Below, piece by piece: positions 1 to 9,452 of a stretch of 35,274 nucleotides of DNA. The notes beneath the pieces were generated by a model. The model saw only the letters and a program-made list of their open reading frames with translations. It had not been told where the DNA came from and searched no databases. Positions within the stretch are counted from its first letter, which is position 1, and each line of letters opens with the position of its first letter. Source of the DNA: a virus (taxonomy: Duplodnaviria; Heunggongvirae; Uroviricota; Caudoviricetes); the IMG/VR virus record IMGVR_UViG_2897352509_000012, one strand, 5' to 3'. A program made the translations under genes and the position numbers.

Positions 1-1362
1 ATGTTTAAACCGGAACTCCTTTCCCCGGCGGGAACGCTGAAAAATATGCGTTACGCTTTCGCTTATGGCGCAGATGCTGTTTATGCGGGCCAGCCGCGTT
101 ACTCCCTGCGTGTGCGCAACAACGAATTCAACCACGAAAATCTTCAGCTCGGCATCAATGAAGCCCACGCGCTGGGGAAAAAGTTTTATGTCGTGGTCAA
201 CATTGCCCCGCACAACGCCAAGCTGAAAACCTTTATCCGTGACCTGAAACCGGTGGTGGAAATGGGGCCGGATGCGCTGATTATGTCCGATCCGGGGCTG
301 ATTATGCTGGTGCGCGAGCACTTCCCTAAAATGCCGATCCACCTCTCGGTGCAGGCTAACGCCGTAAACTGGGCGACGGTGAAATTCTGGCAGCAAATGG
401 GCCTGACCCGCGTGATCCTCTCTCGCGAGCTGTCGCTGGAAGAGATTGAAGAGATCCGCCATCAGGTGCCGGATATGGAGATCGAGATCTTCGTTCACGG
501 CGCACTGTGCATGGCCTACTCCGGTCGCTGCCTGCTCTCTGGCTATATCAACAAGCGCGATCCGAACCAGGGTACCTGCACCAACGCCTGCCGCTGGGAG
601 TACAACGTCCAGGAAGGGAAAGAAGATGACGTTGGCAACATCGTACACAAGTACGAGCCGATTCCGGTGCAAAATGTTGAGCCGACGCTAGGTATCGGCG
701 CGCCAACCGACAAAGTGTTTATGATCGAAGAAGCCCAGCGTCCGGGCGAGTATATGACCGCGTTTGAAGATGAGCACGGCACTTACATCATGAACTCGAA
801 AGATCTGCGCGCCATCGCCCATGTAGAACGCCTGACCAAAATGGGCGTGCATTCGCTGAAAATCGAAGGCCGTACTAAATCTTTCTACTATTGCGCACGC
901 ACCGCACAGGTTTATCGTAAAGCTATCGATGATGCCGCTGCGGGCAAACCGTTCGATACCAGCCTGCTGGAAACTCTGGAAGGTCTGGCGCATCGTGGCT
1001 ATACCGAAGGTTTCCTGCGTCGTCATACTCACGACGATTATCAGAACTACGAATACGGTTATTCGGTTTCTGACCGCCAGCAGTTTGTTGGTGAGTTTAC
1101 CGGTGAGCGCAAGGGGGACCTCGCGGCGGTAGCGGTGAAAAATAAATTCTCCGTTGGCGACAGCCTTGAGCTGATGACGCCGCAAGGCAACATTAACTTT
1201 ACCCTTGAGCAGATGGAAAACGCCAAAGGCGAAGCTATGCCGGTAGCACCAGGCGATGGTTATACTGTGTGGCTCCCGGTGCCGCAGGATCTTGAGCTAA
1301 ATTACGCTCTGCTGATGCGTAATTTCTCCGGGGAAACCACGCGTAACCCCCACGGTAAGTGA
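1..1362 (+). CDS. yegQ: U32-family peptidase YegQ (TrhP), full length 453 aa
   Basis: Uninterrupted 453-aa ORF starting MFKPELLSPAGTLKNMRYAF, recognised as E. coli YegQ; host gene at left edge of window. Confidence 0.9.
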   Translation: MFKPELLSPAGTLKNMRYAFAYGADAVYAGQPRYSLRVRNNEFNHENLQLGINEAHALGKKFYVVVNIAPHNAKLKTFIRDLKPVVEMGPDALIMSDPGLIMLVREHFPKMPIHLSVQANAVNWATVKFWQQMGLTRVILSRELSLEEIEEIRHQVPDMEIEIFVHGALCMAYSGRCLLSGYINKRDPNQGTCTNACRWEYNVQEGKEDDVGNIVHKYEPIPVQNVEPTLGIGAPTDKVFMIEEAQRPGEYMTAFEDEHGTYIMNSKDLRAIAHVERLTKMGVHSLKIEGRTKSFYYCARTAQVYRKAIDDAAAGKPFDTSLLETLEGLAHRGYTEGFLRRHTHDDYQNYEYGYSVSDRQQFVGEFTGERKGDLAAVAVKNKFSVGDSLELMTPQGNINFTLEQMENAKGEAMPVAPGDGYTVWLPVPQDLELNYALLMRNFSGETTRNPHGK

Positions 1363-1395
1363 TTAATTTCGATTATTTTTCCCGGATGGAAAATT

Positions 1396-1446
1396 CTTAG
1401 AAACCGATCACATACAGCTGCATTTATTAAGGTTATCATCCGTTTC
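1396..1446 (+). promoter_or_regulatory. Putative cyaR promoter region (-10 like TATCAT at about 1434..1439, TCACA CRP-like half site at about 1407..1411)
   Basis: Hexamer TATCAT about 8 nt upstream of the recognised CyaR 5' end; CRP dependence of cyaR is established knowledge, site assignment by eye only. Confidence 0.35.
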
Positions 1447-1532
1447 GCTGAAAAACATAACCCATAAAATGCTAGCTGTACCAGGAACCACCTCCTTAGC
1501 CTGTGTAATGTCAGTTATTGGTGACATTTTTT
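1447..1532 (+). ncRNA. cyaR: CyaR (RyeE) sRNA with a non-canonical 3' end at the prophage junction
   Basis: 1447..1509 reads GCTGAAAAACATAACCCATAAAATGCTAGCTGTACCAGGAACCACCTCCTTAGCCTGTGTAAT, matching the CyaR 5' region as I remember it; then diverges into ATGTCA-GTTATTGG-TGACAT hairpin plus T6 (1508..1532). Confidence 0.75.
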
Positions 1533-1596
1533 GATATCTAATTGCATGAAATAAAAGGATTTATTTCTGGTCACGTCCACACATTGACCACATCGA
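1507..1596. repeat. Left attachment junction; imperfect direct repeat of the right junction
   Basis: Shares AAT, T6 run, TGCAT, CTGGTCAC and TTGACCACATCGA blocks (1567..1596) with 33457..33530. Confidence 0.5.
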
Positions 1597-1597
1597 C

Positions 1598-1624
1598 AAA
1601 AAAAGCCCCTCGACTGAGGGGCTT
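1598..1624 (-). terminator. Rho-independent terminator downstream of ogr
   Basis: Plus strand AAAAAAA-GCCCCTCGACTGAGGGGC; on minus strand a GC-rich hairpin followed by T-run immediately after ogr stop. Confidence 0.6.
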
Positions 1625-1635
1625 TCTGTTTGTAA

Positions 1636-1854
1636 TTACATCCACATAATTTGCTGCCCTGACGGCAACGGGTGCGGCCTTACGGCGTGGACTTCTCCCG
1701 GCTTCACGATGTATCGCTGTACCGACTCATAAGTGATGAACGTGGCGCTGCAATTCACGTTCTGACACTGGTGATAACGCTCTTTTGTCGTGTCAGTGAT
1801 ATAGCGACTTGTACGCGCATGTGCGGCATGCTGGCATAAAGGACAATGAAACAT
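1636..1854 (-). CDS. ogr: Ogr late-gene transcriptional activator, C4 zinc finger, 72 aa
   Basis: MFHCPLCQHAAHARTSRYITDTTKERYHQCQNVNCSATF, recognised P2 Ogr with CxxC...CxxxxC; start taken at internal Met of 97-aa ORF. Confidence 0.9.
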   Translation of the reverse strand: MFHCPLCQHAAHARTSRYITDTTKERYHQCQNVNCSATFITYESVQRYIVKPGEVHAVRPHPLPSGQQIMWM

Positions 1855-1935
1855 CGCGAGCACCTCTTCCGGTTTTGTTGATAGTGCCATTTTAGTTAAT
1901 TTATCTTTACAAAACAAACAGATAAACAAAAGACA

Positions 1936-3099
1936 TCACTCATAATCTTCTGTTTCGTACTCCACATCAGAAAGCCTGACCTCAAGCTCCAAGGACGTCG
2001 TGAAGCCGCTATTATTCAGAAAATGTGTCACCTTAGTGATTGTCCAGTCCTGCTCGTCTATGACGCGCTTAAAGCCTGACACTCTGACCGGTGTTTCCGT
2101 GTAAATATCTGCACGACCGGTAGCCAGGATGATGGAGAACTCCGCAACGCCCCGTTGCAGTTTGTCCCACTTCGCCTGAGCAGCACGCATGGCCTGTGCT
2201 TTCGTGGCATATACCGTGGTCAGGGCAAAAACGTTGTCAGCCTCACCGGCCATGTATTCACCTTCGCGCGCTTCCGGTACTTTTGGCGCTTTCTTCTGCC
2301 TGACCGGTTTCGCTTTCGGGTGCTCCAGTGCGCGCAGGTGTTTCTCTTTCTTTTTGCGTTTCAGTTTTACCTTCTGCTTTTGCGGCTTCGGGTCTTTGGT
2401 GTGTAACCACTTTGCCGTTACGCCGGTGTAGGCTCCACGGTCAGCAATCGCAAAATGATGACGGTCGCCGTCGCTGCGGGTGATGGTAATCTGCGGGATT
2501 TTTTTACCGCTGGCCGTCACCCCCTGCCCCGCTTTGAGAAACAACAATTTTCCCATTTTTACCGACACCTCACCGCCGTTGCGTTCAGCAAGGCGGGTCA
2601 GGAATTTTGCATCAGACTCCTGCGACTGGTCGATGTGCGGGATTTTAATTCCGGTCAGTGACGGAGCGACACTGGCTTCCAGCCTGTTACGGGAGGCTAT
2701 CGCCTCAACAATCGCACCGAGCGTGGTGTCATGCCATGAGCCTTCCCGGCGGGAATTGAGCGTCCCGCGAAAATCTGCACTCCGGGCGCGGATGGTAACC
2801 ACATCCGGCGCGCCCCGGTGTTCAACCTCATCAACGGTAAATTTCCCTTTGCATACCAGGGCAAAACCTTTCCAGCCGATATACACCGTCAGAACAGCAC
2901 CACGAACCGGCAGCCCGACCTGCCCGTCGGCATCGTTCAGTTCAATATCAAGCTGGTCAGCCTCAAAGCCCCGGTTATCCGTCAGGGTCATGCTCATCAG
3001 ACGGTCGCTGATATTGCCGGTAATATCCCTGCTGTCGAGCATCAGCATGTAATCCGGCGTCAGCGTACTGCCTGCATCAAATGTCAGTGCATCCAGCAT
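1936..3099 (-). CDS. D: Tail protein D (late control D), 387 aa
   Basis: Length and position match P2 gpD; follows U in tail operon. Confidence 0.85.
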   Translation of the reverse strand: MLDALTFDAGSTLTPDYMLMLDSRDITGNISDRLMSMTLTDNRGFEADQLDIELNDADGQVGLPVRGAVLTVYIGWKGFALVCKGKFTVDEVEHRGAPDVVTIRARSADFRGTLNSRREGSWHDTTLGAIVEAIASRNRLEASVAPSLTGIKIPHIDQSQESDAKFLTRLAERNGGEVSVKMGKLLFLKAGQGVTASGKKIPQITITRSDGDRHHFAIADRGAYTGVTAKWLHTKDPKPQKQKVKLKRKKKEKHLRALEHPKAKPVRQKKAPKVPEAREGEYMAGEADNVFALTTVYATKAQAMRAAQAKWDKLQRGVAEFSIILATGRADIYTETPVRVSGFKRVIDEQDWTITKVTHFLNNSGFTTSLELEVRLSDVEYETEDYE

Positions 3100-3578
3100 T
3101 ATCCCGCCCCCGTCATACCCGTGAATTTAGTCGCCATACTGCCAGCCTTACCGATGAGCGATTCCGCCTGTTTACCGATATCGCCATAAAGCGCGGCCAG
3201 TGATTCATCAACGCGGGTGAGCGACAGCGTAAAATCAATTTTTCGGGGTGTGCCGTCTGCAAAGAAAATACTCCCTGTTTCACTCACCCTGCTGATGACA
3301 TACATGCCGTAAATCATGCCGGTGCCATCCAGCAACGGCCACGCCCGACCTTCCTCTGCCATCAGCCTGAGCGTGGTCATCGTCAGCTTTCCGCCGGTCA
3401 GTTCGGGATAAAGCACACCGGCAAGCGTGATGTTTTCCTCGCCAACACCGAGAAACTGAAAGGCATCCCGTTTACCGATACGGGAATTTGACGGCCAGCG
3501 ATAATCTGATTCACGCTGCATGGTCTGGTGTGGCAGCGTCTGGCGCATAAAAACAAACATACCTAACGCGAGCATCAT
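3099..3578 (-). CDS. U: Tail protein U, 159 aa
   Basis: Length/synteny match to P2 gpU between T and D. Confidence 0.85.
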   Translation of the reverse strand: MMLALGMFVFMRQTLPHQTMQRESDYRWPSNSRIGKRDAFQFLGVGEENITLAGVLYPELTGGKLTMTTLRLMAEEGRAWPLLDGTGMIYGMYVISRVSETGSIFFADGTPRKIDFTLSLTRVDESLAALYGDIGKQAESLIGKAGSMATKFTGMTGAG

Positions 3579-3592
3579 TTTTCGTCACCTCC

Positions 3593-6040
3593 TTAACCGT
3601 CATGCATCATGCTGGCACGGGCGCGCGCACGTTTATCCCGCTCGTATTTTTCGAGCGCATCCTGTAACTGGCGGTCAAGCTGTGTCCCCGGCGCAGTACC
3701 ACCCGTCAGGCTGATGTGATATTCGTTTTTACTCTGGTCCACATAAGAGCGGCCAGCCGGTGCCGTGACCGGCTGATAAGCCTGATAGCCTGCATAAGAG
3801 CTGGTCGCCGGAATATAACCACCGCTGCCATACGTGGCGGCTTGAGTTCTGGCGGCGGTCTGGTCAAGTGTGTCTGACTCTTTGTTGATGACCCCGAGTT
3901 TTTCCAGTACCCAGTCAATACCGCTGCGCAGTTTGTTGAACGCATTAAGCGGCAGCATCAGCGCGTCAGCCAGTGCCTGCCCGAACATGACCCCCGTGTC
4001 ACGGCAACGGTTCAGGGTGTCCTGAGTGGCTTTGACCGGGGCAATCAGGTTTTTAAACCACTGCCACGCGGCCTGTAACTTTTCACCCAGCCAGTCAAAC
4101 ACCGGCTTAAGTGGCGTGAACAGTTCCCCCACCGGCGCAAATGCCACTTTCAGCCCTTCAACCACACCGCCAAAGAATGCGCTGACAGGTTCCCAGTATT
4201 TACGGATAAGCAACGCCCCGGCGACAATTGCGGCCACCACGGCCACAACCGGCCAGCTAATCGCCCCGATGGCGGTCATAACAGCACTGCCAACCGTCGT
4301 GAAGACTGCCCCCATTGCGCCTGCTGCCGCGATGATGGCATTGATGCCGGTGATAACCGGCCAGGCTACAAGACCAATTGCACCGATGATGCCAGTCAGC
4401 GCCAGCGCGCCACCGGCAATGATGCCGATGGTTGACGCCAGTGATTTATTTTTCTGGATCCAGCCGTCGAGTTTTAACACATACTTTGTGGCCGTCTGCG
4501 TGAGCTTACGCAGTGCGCCTTCCTGCTGGTCAAACAGGTCAGTCCCCACCGCCTCATAAGCGGACTGAAACTCCTTAAAGTCACCGCCGAGGTTGTCCTG
4601 CATGATATTTACCAGCTCTGCGGTCTTTCCGTCTGAGGCTTTAAACGCAGCGGTCAGTTTGTCCAGCTTTCCGGTTGAGGCGGCAGTCATCAGCACAGCG
4701 GCGGCTGAGCTGGCCTCCTCCCCGAAAATGGTTTTCATGTATTCAGCCTGCTGGGCAGTACCGAGCCGGTTTTTCTCAAAACTGGCCTGCATTTCTTTCA
4801 GAATGGTAAATACTGGCCGGGTGTTTCCCTTGCTGTCTGAGGTTTTCACACCAAGCTCTTTGAGTGCATCCCATGCTTTTCCCGTCGGTGCCTGCAGGCG
4901 GCTTAACACGGCACGGCTTCCCGTCCCCGCCATTGAACCGGTAATTTTTGCATCATGCAGTGCCCCGACCATTGCGGCGGTTTCTTCAATGCTGACACCG
5001 GCATTTTTTGCCACAGGTGCGGCATAGGTCAGCGCATCGCTCATACCGTCAAAATCGGCGGCGGTTTTGTTCATCGTCATGGAGAGAACATCCCCGATAT
5101 GAGCGACCTTATCGTTTGAAAGCTGAAAGGCGGATTTCATCCCCATCAGCAGGGCGGCGTTTTCTTCCATCGTGCGACGGTTCGCCAGCGCCATATTCAG
5201 CGTGACCGGCGTTGCCGCCTGAATGGCATCAACATCCCCACCCGCTTTCGCAATGATAATCTGTGCACCGGCTGCATCATCTGCCGAGGCTGCGGTATTG
5301 TCGCCGAGCTGGCGCGCCTGTTTGCGTAATGCGGCCATTTCGGCGGAGTCTTTTGCCACTCCGAGCACAGCCTGTAATTCTGAGTTTTTCTGCGCAAATT
5401 CATAACCGGGCATCAGCAGCTTAACTCCGGCCATCGTTCCCGCCGCCGCAATCCCCACACCGGCAGCGCCTACTGAGGCCATATTTCCGGCCAGTTCCTT
5501 TCCGGCCTGATAACGCTGTTTTACTGCGTTAAGTTTTGCCTGTTGTGCACTGACACGCGCCAGTGCGTCACGCTGACGGTTAAGCTGTGCGGTGGTTTCA
5601 CTGATACGGTTTTTCAGTCCCTGCTCATCATGTGCAAGATTGCGGGTATTAATTCCCACAGAGGCCAGTTCCCGCTGCTGGCGTTTAACCGAATCCGTCA
5701 GGCGGTTATATTTCACCTGTAAGTCCTCCGCCGCACGCTTTGCGGATTCCAGCACTTTCGCCTGAGCACGGGTCGGACGTTCGGTATTTTTAAACTGTGT
5801 GGCAAGGGCTTCGGCCTCCTGCCGTGCCTTTTCAAGTGCATGACCAGTCACTGCGAGCTGTGCGCTGGTCTTGCGAAATCCCTCAATACGGGATGCGTGA
5901 CCGTTCAGCTCGCGCAGTGATTTTTGTGTTTCCCGGATATCCCCCGACAGCGACTTGCTCGCTGTACGGATGGATTTAAACGGGCGGGATGCCTGGTCAA
6001 CAGCCCTGAGCAATACCTGTAATTTTACATTGTTACTCAT
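3593..6040 (-). CDS. T: Tail tape measure protein T, 815 aa
   Basis: 815-aa ORF with coiled-coil N-terminus and Gly/Ala-rich hydrophobic repeats typical of tape measure; P2 gpT length. Confidence 0.9.
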   Translation of the reverse strand: MSNNVKLQVLLRAVDQASRPFKSIRTASKSLSGDIRETQKSLRELNGHASRIEGFRKTSAQLAVTGHALEKARQEAEALATQFKNTERPTRAQAKVLESAKRAAEDLQVKYNRLTDSVKRQQRELASVGINTRNLAHDEQGLKNRISETTAQLNRQRDALARVSAQQAKLNAVKQRYQAGKELAGNMASVGAAGVGIAAAGTMAGVKLLMPGYEFAQKNSELQAVLGVAKDSAEMAALRKQARQLGDNTAASADDAAGAQIIIAKAGGDVDAIQAATPVTLNMALANRRTMEENAALLMGMKSAFQLSNDKVAHIGDVLSMTMNKTAADFDGMSDALTYAAPVAKNAGVSIEETAAMVGALHDAKITGSMAGTGSRAVLSRLQAPTGKAWDALKELGVKTSDSKGNTRPVFTILKEMQASFEKNRLGTAQQAEYMKTIFGEEASSAAAVLMTAASTGKLDKLTAAFKASDGKTAELVNIMQDNLGGDFKEFQSAYEAVGTDLFDQQEGALRKLTQTATKYVLKLDGWIQKNKSLASTIGIIAGGALALTGIIGAIGLVAWPVITGINAIIAAAGAMGAVFTTVGSAVMTAIGAISWPVVAVVAAIVAGALLIRKYWEPVSAFFGGVVEGLKVAFAPVGELFTPLKPVFDWLGEKLQAAWQWFKNLIAPVKATQDTLNRCRDTGVMFGQALADALMLPLNAFNKLRSGIDWVLEKLGVINKESDTLDQTAARTQAATYGSGGYIPATSSYAGYQAYQPVTAPAGRSYVDQSKNEYHISLTGGTAPGTQLDRQLQDALEKYERDKRARARASMMHDG

Positions 6041-6184
6041 TCGTGTTTCCGCTTCGCCGGAGCGCCTTTTCGCGCCATGTGATGAGTTCGGTCAGGCTCA
6101 TGGGATACAGTTCTGATGGCGGCCAGTGAAATATCACTGCCACATCCGCCATCAGGTCATCGACCGAGAGATTTTTCGGGAACG

Positions 6185-6460
6185 TCACTGCACCGAGTTC
6201 GGCGACAAAAAACCGACCACCTTACCGGCCAGCGCCACAAGGTCAGGCAGTTCCAGTGCGGCGACTTCCTGCTCGGTCAGCATCGGTGCCGTCATGCGCG
6301 GCAGCACCTTAATCAGTGCATCGACTTCGGAGTTCGCGACCGCAGCCAGACTGACACCGCGCAGCGTCCCGGCATTGGGTTTCATCAGCGTGACCTGTTC
6401 GATGACCTGCTCACCACGCTTGACCGGATTGTCCAGGGTAATCACATTTTCTTTGTTCAT
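6185..6460 (-). CDS. E: Tail assembly chaperone E, 91 aa (E+E' frameshift product would end at 6033)
   Basis: 91-aa ORF ending VVGFLSPNSVQ; slippery GGTTTTTTG near its 3' end. Confidence 0.85.
   Translation of the reverse strand: MNKENVITLDNPVKRGEQVIEQVTLMKPNAGTLRGVSLAAVANSEVDALIKVLPRMTAPMLTEQEVAALELPDLVALAGKVVGFLSPNSVQ
6204..6214 (-). other. Programmed -1 ribosomal frameshift slippery site T-TTT-TTG for E+E'
   Basis: Minus-strand codons GGT TTT TTG about 8 codons before E stop; -1 frame stays open to a TAA at 6033..6035 overlapping T start. Confidence 0.6.
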
Positions 6461-6516
6461 GGTTTTCTCACTTCTGAATCAGGGTTAACCGGTCAGCCTG
6501 GCTGACCGGATGAAAA

Positions 6517-7035
6517 TCACAGGCCGATATTACGGCGGTGTTGCTCCAGCCGGTCGACGCCGTTCACCTTCTCAATCATGTTGATGGTGTCGATTTCGAC
6601 CAGCTCCTTACCGTCCATCGTCAGCCGGAAATAGGTGCAGACCACGGAGATTTTCGACTCGGTGTCTTCTCCCTGTTTACCCTCGCCGGTGTCGATTTCT
6701 TTCTGACGGCCACGCATGACCACTTCGACGGCCACCGTTTCGCCGGTATCGTCGCGCTGGTAAGAGCCTGCAAAACGAATCGGTACGGCATCCACACCGG
6801 TTGCGGCGTAAAGCTCCCAGATAACCGAATCCGGGAAGCCCCCGAGCGACCACTCCATTGACAGCGCATCGTCATCAAGGCCGAGGTCTACCGGTGCGCT
6901 GCCATTCATCCCCGCACCGCGATAGTTTTCGAGCTTACGGGTCAGTTTTGGCAGCGTGACGGACTTTGCAACGCCCTGATAGCTGTAGCCGTTCAGAAAG
7001 ACGTTCATTAACTTGAGTTTGCGCGGCATTGCCAT
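6517..7035 (-). CDS. FII: Tail tube protein FII, 172 aa
   Basis: Length/synteny match to P2 gpFII. Confidence 0.9.
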   Translation of the reverse strand: MAMPRKLKLMNVFLNGYSYQGVAKSVTLPKLTRKLENYRGAGMNGSAPVDLGLDDDALSMEWSLGGFPDSVIWELYAATGVDAVPIRFAGSYQRDDTGETVAVEVVMRGRQKEIDTGEGKQGEDTESKISVVCTYFRLTMDGKELVEIDTINMIEKVNGVDRLEQHRRNIGL

Positions 7036-7047
7036 CGGTCAGGCTCC

Positions 7048-8238
7048 TTAATTGCTGTTAACCGAGGTGACCAGATTTGCCAGGTATTTATCGGTAATAC
7101 GCTGGCGCAGGGTCAGGTTTTCAAGAGGAGGCACCGGTGTATAGTCGTAGTCGATATACAGTTTTCCGGCCTTGAGGGTTTCCGCATCGTTGGATTCTTC
7201 GCTGAACCAGCAGGTCGCATCCACGATATAGCCGTTTGTTTTCAGCTCACGGAATTTGGCATTGATGCCGTCAACGATGTCGCGAATCAGCGTTGCGGTG
7301 ATGGGCTTGTCCACCGCCCACATGTGCGCCTCAGCCATCGTGTCGGCCAGCACCTGCGCGGTGCGGGTGTAGTTTTCAAAGAGGAACAGCGGGTCATCAG
7401 AGCAGGTACGGTTACCCCAGAAGCGGAAACCGTCGCGGCGAATCAGCGTAGTGACGCCTGACTCGTTAAGCAGGTCAGCATCGGTGCCGGACTCCTGCAA
7501 ATCCCAGAATACAGATGCGCTGATGCCGGTAACACCGTTCACCCCGACATTGGACAGCGTTTTATGCCAGCCCTGCTCCTGGTCGATTTTGGCACGCAGC
7601 CCCAGTGCACGGGCGGTGGCATACGCGGTGGCGGTGGTACTGGTGACCGTATCCCATGCGAGGAAATCCGGCCAGATGACCATCAGCTCACGCTGGCTGA
7701 AATTCTGGCGGTAGGCTTTCACCTCGGAAATAGTCTTACAGCCCCACGCGCTGATATATCCGAAAGCGCGCAGCTTCTGACAGACGGATGCCAGTGCAAC
7801 AGCCACCTCTTTGGTATCCAGTCCCGGCACACCGAGAATACGCGGTTTAACACCGGTTACCGACTCCGCCGCCAGCAGGGCTTTCAGTCCGGTGTACTGA
7901 CCGTTTTCGTCGGTGGTGCCAATGATATTGGAAACGGTCTGCGCAAGTTTCGTTTCCTCGTCTTCGCCGGTGCCGTCTTCCACACGCACGACAACGGTGA
8001 CCGGTTTTGACTGGTCAGCGATGGCCTGCAACGATGCTGCCAGCGTGCCTTTTTTACCGGCCTTTGCAATTGCGCTCTGCACATTGGTAATCAGCACCGG
8101 TTTATTGAGGGGGAAGGTTTCCGCATCCGCATCGCTGGCCGTGCAGACCATGCCGACAATGGCAGTGGATACGGTGGAAATGACGCGGGTGCCGTCGTTA
8201 ATCTCCAGCACCTGCACGCCGTGATGATAGTCACTCAT
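7048..8238 (-). CDS. FI: Contractile tail sheath protein FI, 396 aa
   Basis: Length/synteny match to P2 gpFI. Confidence 0.9.
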   Translation of the reverse strand: MSDYHHGVQVLEINDGTRVISTVSTAIVGMVCTASDADAETFPLNKPVLITNVQSAIAKAGKKGTLAASLQAIADQSKPVTVVVRVEDGTGEDEETKLAQTVSNIIGTTDENGQYTGLKALLAAESVTGVKPRILGVPGLDTKEVAVALASVCQKLRAFGYISAWGCKTISEVKAYRQNFSQRELMVIWPDFLAWDTVTSTTATAYATARALGLRAKIDQEQGWHKTLSNVGVNGVTGISASVFWDLQESGTDADLLNESGVTTLIRRDGFRFWGNRTCSDDPLFLFENYTRTAQVLADTMAEAHMWAVDKPITATLIRDIVDGINAKFRELKTNGYIVDATCWFSEESNDAETLKAGKLYIDYDYTPVPPLENLTLRQRITDKYLANLVTSVNSN

Positions 8239-8297
8239 CCGTTTAACTCCGTGGTTAATGGGTGAGTGATATTTTCAGTTGTGCCGGAGATGTCAGG

Positions 8298-8891
8298 CTA
8301 TTTGTCCCGGTTGGCTAAGGGCTGACACAATTTATTTTTTGTCACTGAGGCGGGGAATTTTTTATAGAGCGTGGACAGGCCAATATCAAAAATCAGTGCC
8401 ACGCGTTGACGTGATTCCCCTGCAGCCAGCAACCGCCCGGCCTGCTCCCACTCACTCGCGGTGAGTTTCGGACGTCTGCCACCAATACGACCTTTGGCTC
8501 TGGCCGCCTCCAGTCCGGCGCGTGTCCGCTCGACAATGAGTTCTCGTTCCATTTCAGCCAGGGCACCCATCACATGAAAGAAAAAACGCCCCATCGGCGT
8601 GCTGGTATCAATAGCATCCGTCAGGCTGCGAAAATTAATGCCGCGTTCGCGCAGTTCCTCAACCAGAATGACCAGATGCCGCATACTACGCCCCAGCCTG
8701 TCCAGCTTCCAGACTACCAGAGTGTCACCTGCTGATAATGTTCTGAGCAGTTTTTTTAGTCCCGGTCGGTCGGACTTCGTGCCGCTGATTTTATCCTCAA
8801 AAATCAGCTCACATCCTGCGCACTCCAGCGCGTTACGCTGCAATTCCGTGTTCTGGTCATTTGTTGATACACGAACATAACCTATACGCAT
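8298..8891 (-). CDS. Serine recombinase, Hin/Gin/Pin/Cin-family DNA invertase
   Basis: MRIGYVRVSTNDQNTELQ with catalytic Ser in YVRVSTxxQ, resolvase fold and C-terminal HTH; start taken at MRIGY. Confidence 0.85.
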   Translation of the reverse strand: MRIGYVRVSTNDQNTELQRNALECAGCELIFEDKISGTKSDRPGLKKLLRTLSAGDTLVVWKLDRLGRSMRHLVILVEELRERGINFRSLTDAIDTSTPMGRFFFHVMGALAEMERELIVERTRAGLEAARAKGRIGGRRPKLTASEWEQAGRLLAAGESRQRVALIFDIGLSTLYKKFPASVTKNKLCQPLANRDK

Positions 8892-8915
8892 AAAAATCCC
8901 TATAAAAACAGAATA

Positions 8916-9452
8916 ATGACACATCTTTCAACATCATATTTAACCGATTTCATAAACGTTGGTTTGGGAGAAGGCTCTGCATTACCTGTTGGTGTGCCTG
9001 TTCCATGGCCTTCAGCCACACCGCCAACAGGCTGGCTGAAATGCAACGGTGCGGCATTTTCTGCTGAAGAATACCCGGAACTGGCAAAGGCTTATCCAAC
9101 AAATAAATTACCTGATTTACGCGGTGAGTTTATTCGTGGCTGGGATGACGGGCGCGGTATTGATGCAGGACGTGTTTTATTGAGTATTCAGGCCGGAATG
9201 CTGGAAAAGCATAACCACTATTGGGGAATCTGGACTTCACGAACTAACGACCAGACTCTGGAAAGTTTTACAGGCACCACGATTTTAAAACAAATCACGC
9301 CCCTGTCTCCGGCCATTAACTTCGATAATTACCCAATTCCCAACCCGGCTATTACAGAGGGTGGTGTTGTTGCGGCAACGACTAAACCTGCAGGTGCGAA
9401 TGAAACACGCCCACGAAATGTCGCTTTTAACTATATTGTGAGGGCTGCATAA
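8916..9452 (+). CDS. Alternative tail-fibre C-terminal variable segment, silent in this orientation
   Basis: ORF crosses the crossover site at ...NVGLGEG...; sequence after the site is the alternative C-terminus; the ATG at 8916 is probably not a real start. Confidence 0.55.
   Translation: MTHLSTSYLTDFINVGLGEGSALPVGVPVPWPSATPPTGWLKCNGAAFSAEEYPELAKAYPTNKLPDLRGEFIRGWDDGRGIDAGRVLLSIQAGMLEKHNHYWGIWTSRTNDQTLESFTGTTILKQITPLSPAINFDNYPIPNPAITEGGVVAATTKPAGANETRPRNVAFNYIVRAA
8948..8973. repeat. Inversion crossover site (left), hix/gix-like
   Basis: TTCATAAACGTT-GGTTTGGGAGAAGG; inverted partner at 10849..10876; shared TGGTTTGGGAGAAG half-site with AA/TT centre. Confidence 0.6.

Noticed and set aside
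446-691. 81-aa plus-strand ORF inside yegQ in another frame
   Set aside because: Entirely nested in a well-supported host gene; Arg/Ser-rich low-complexity translation typical of an out-of-frame artefact.
4026-5027. Two plus-strand ORFs (177 and 144 aa) antisense to the tape measure gene T
   Set aside because: Shadow ORFs of GC-rich coding sequence; Ala/Thr/Pro/Ser-rich, no start context, and they would disrupt the conserved tail operon.
8298-8891. Serine recombinase as an IS or transposon resolvase
   Set aside because: No transposase or terminal inverted repeats nearby; flanking hix-like sites and tail-fibre genes indicate an invertase.
8916-8955. ATG at 8916 as a real start for the alternative tail-fibre segment
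   Set aside because: The first 13 codons lie upstream of the inversion crossover and have no promoter or RBS context; the segment is expressed only after inversion fuses it to H.
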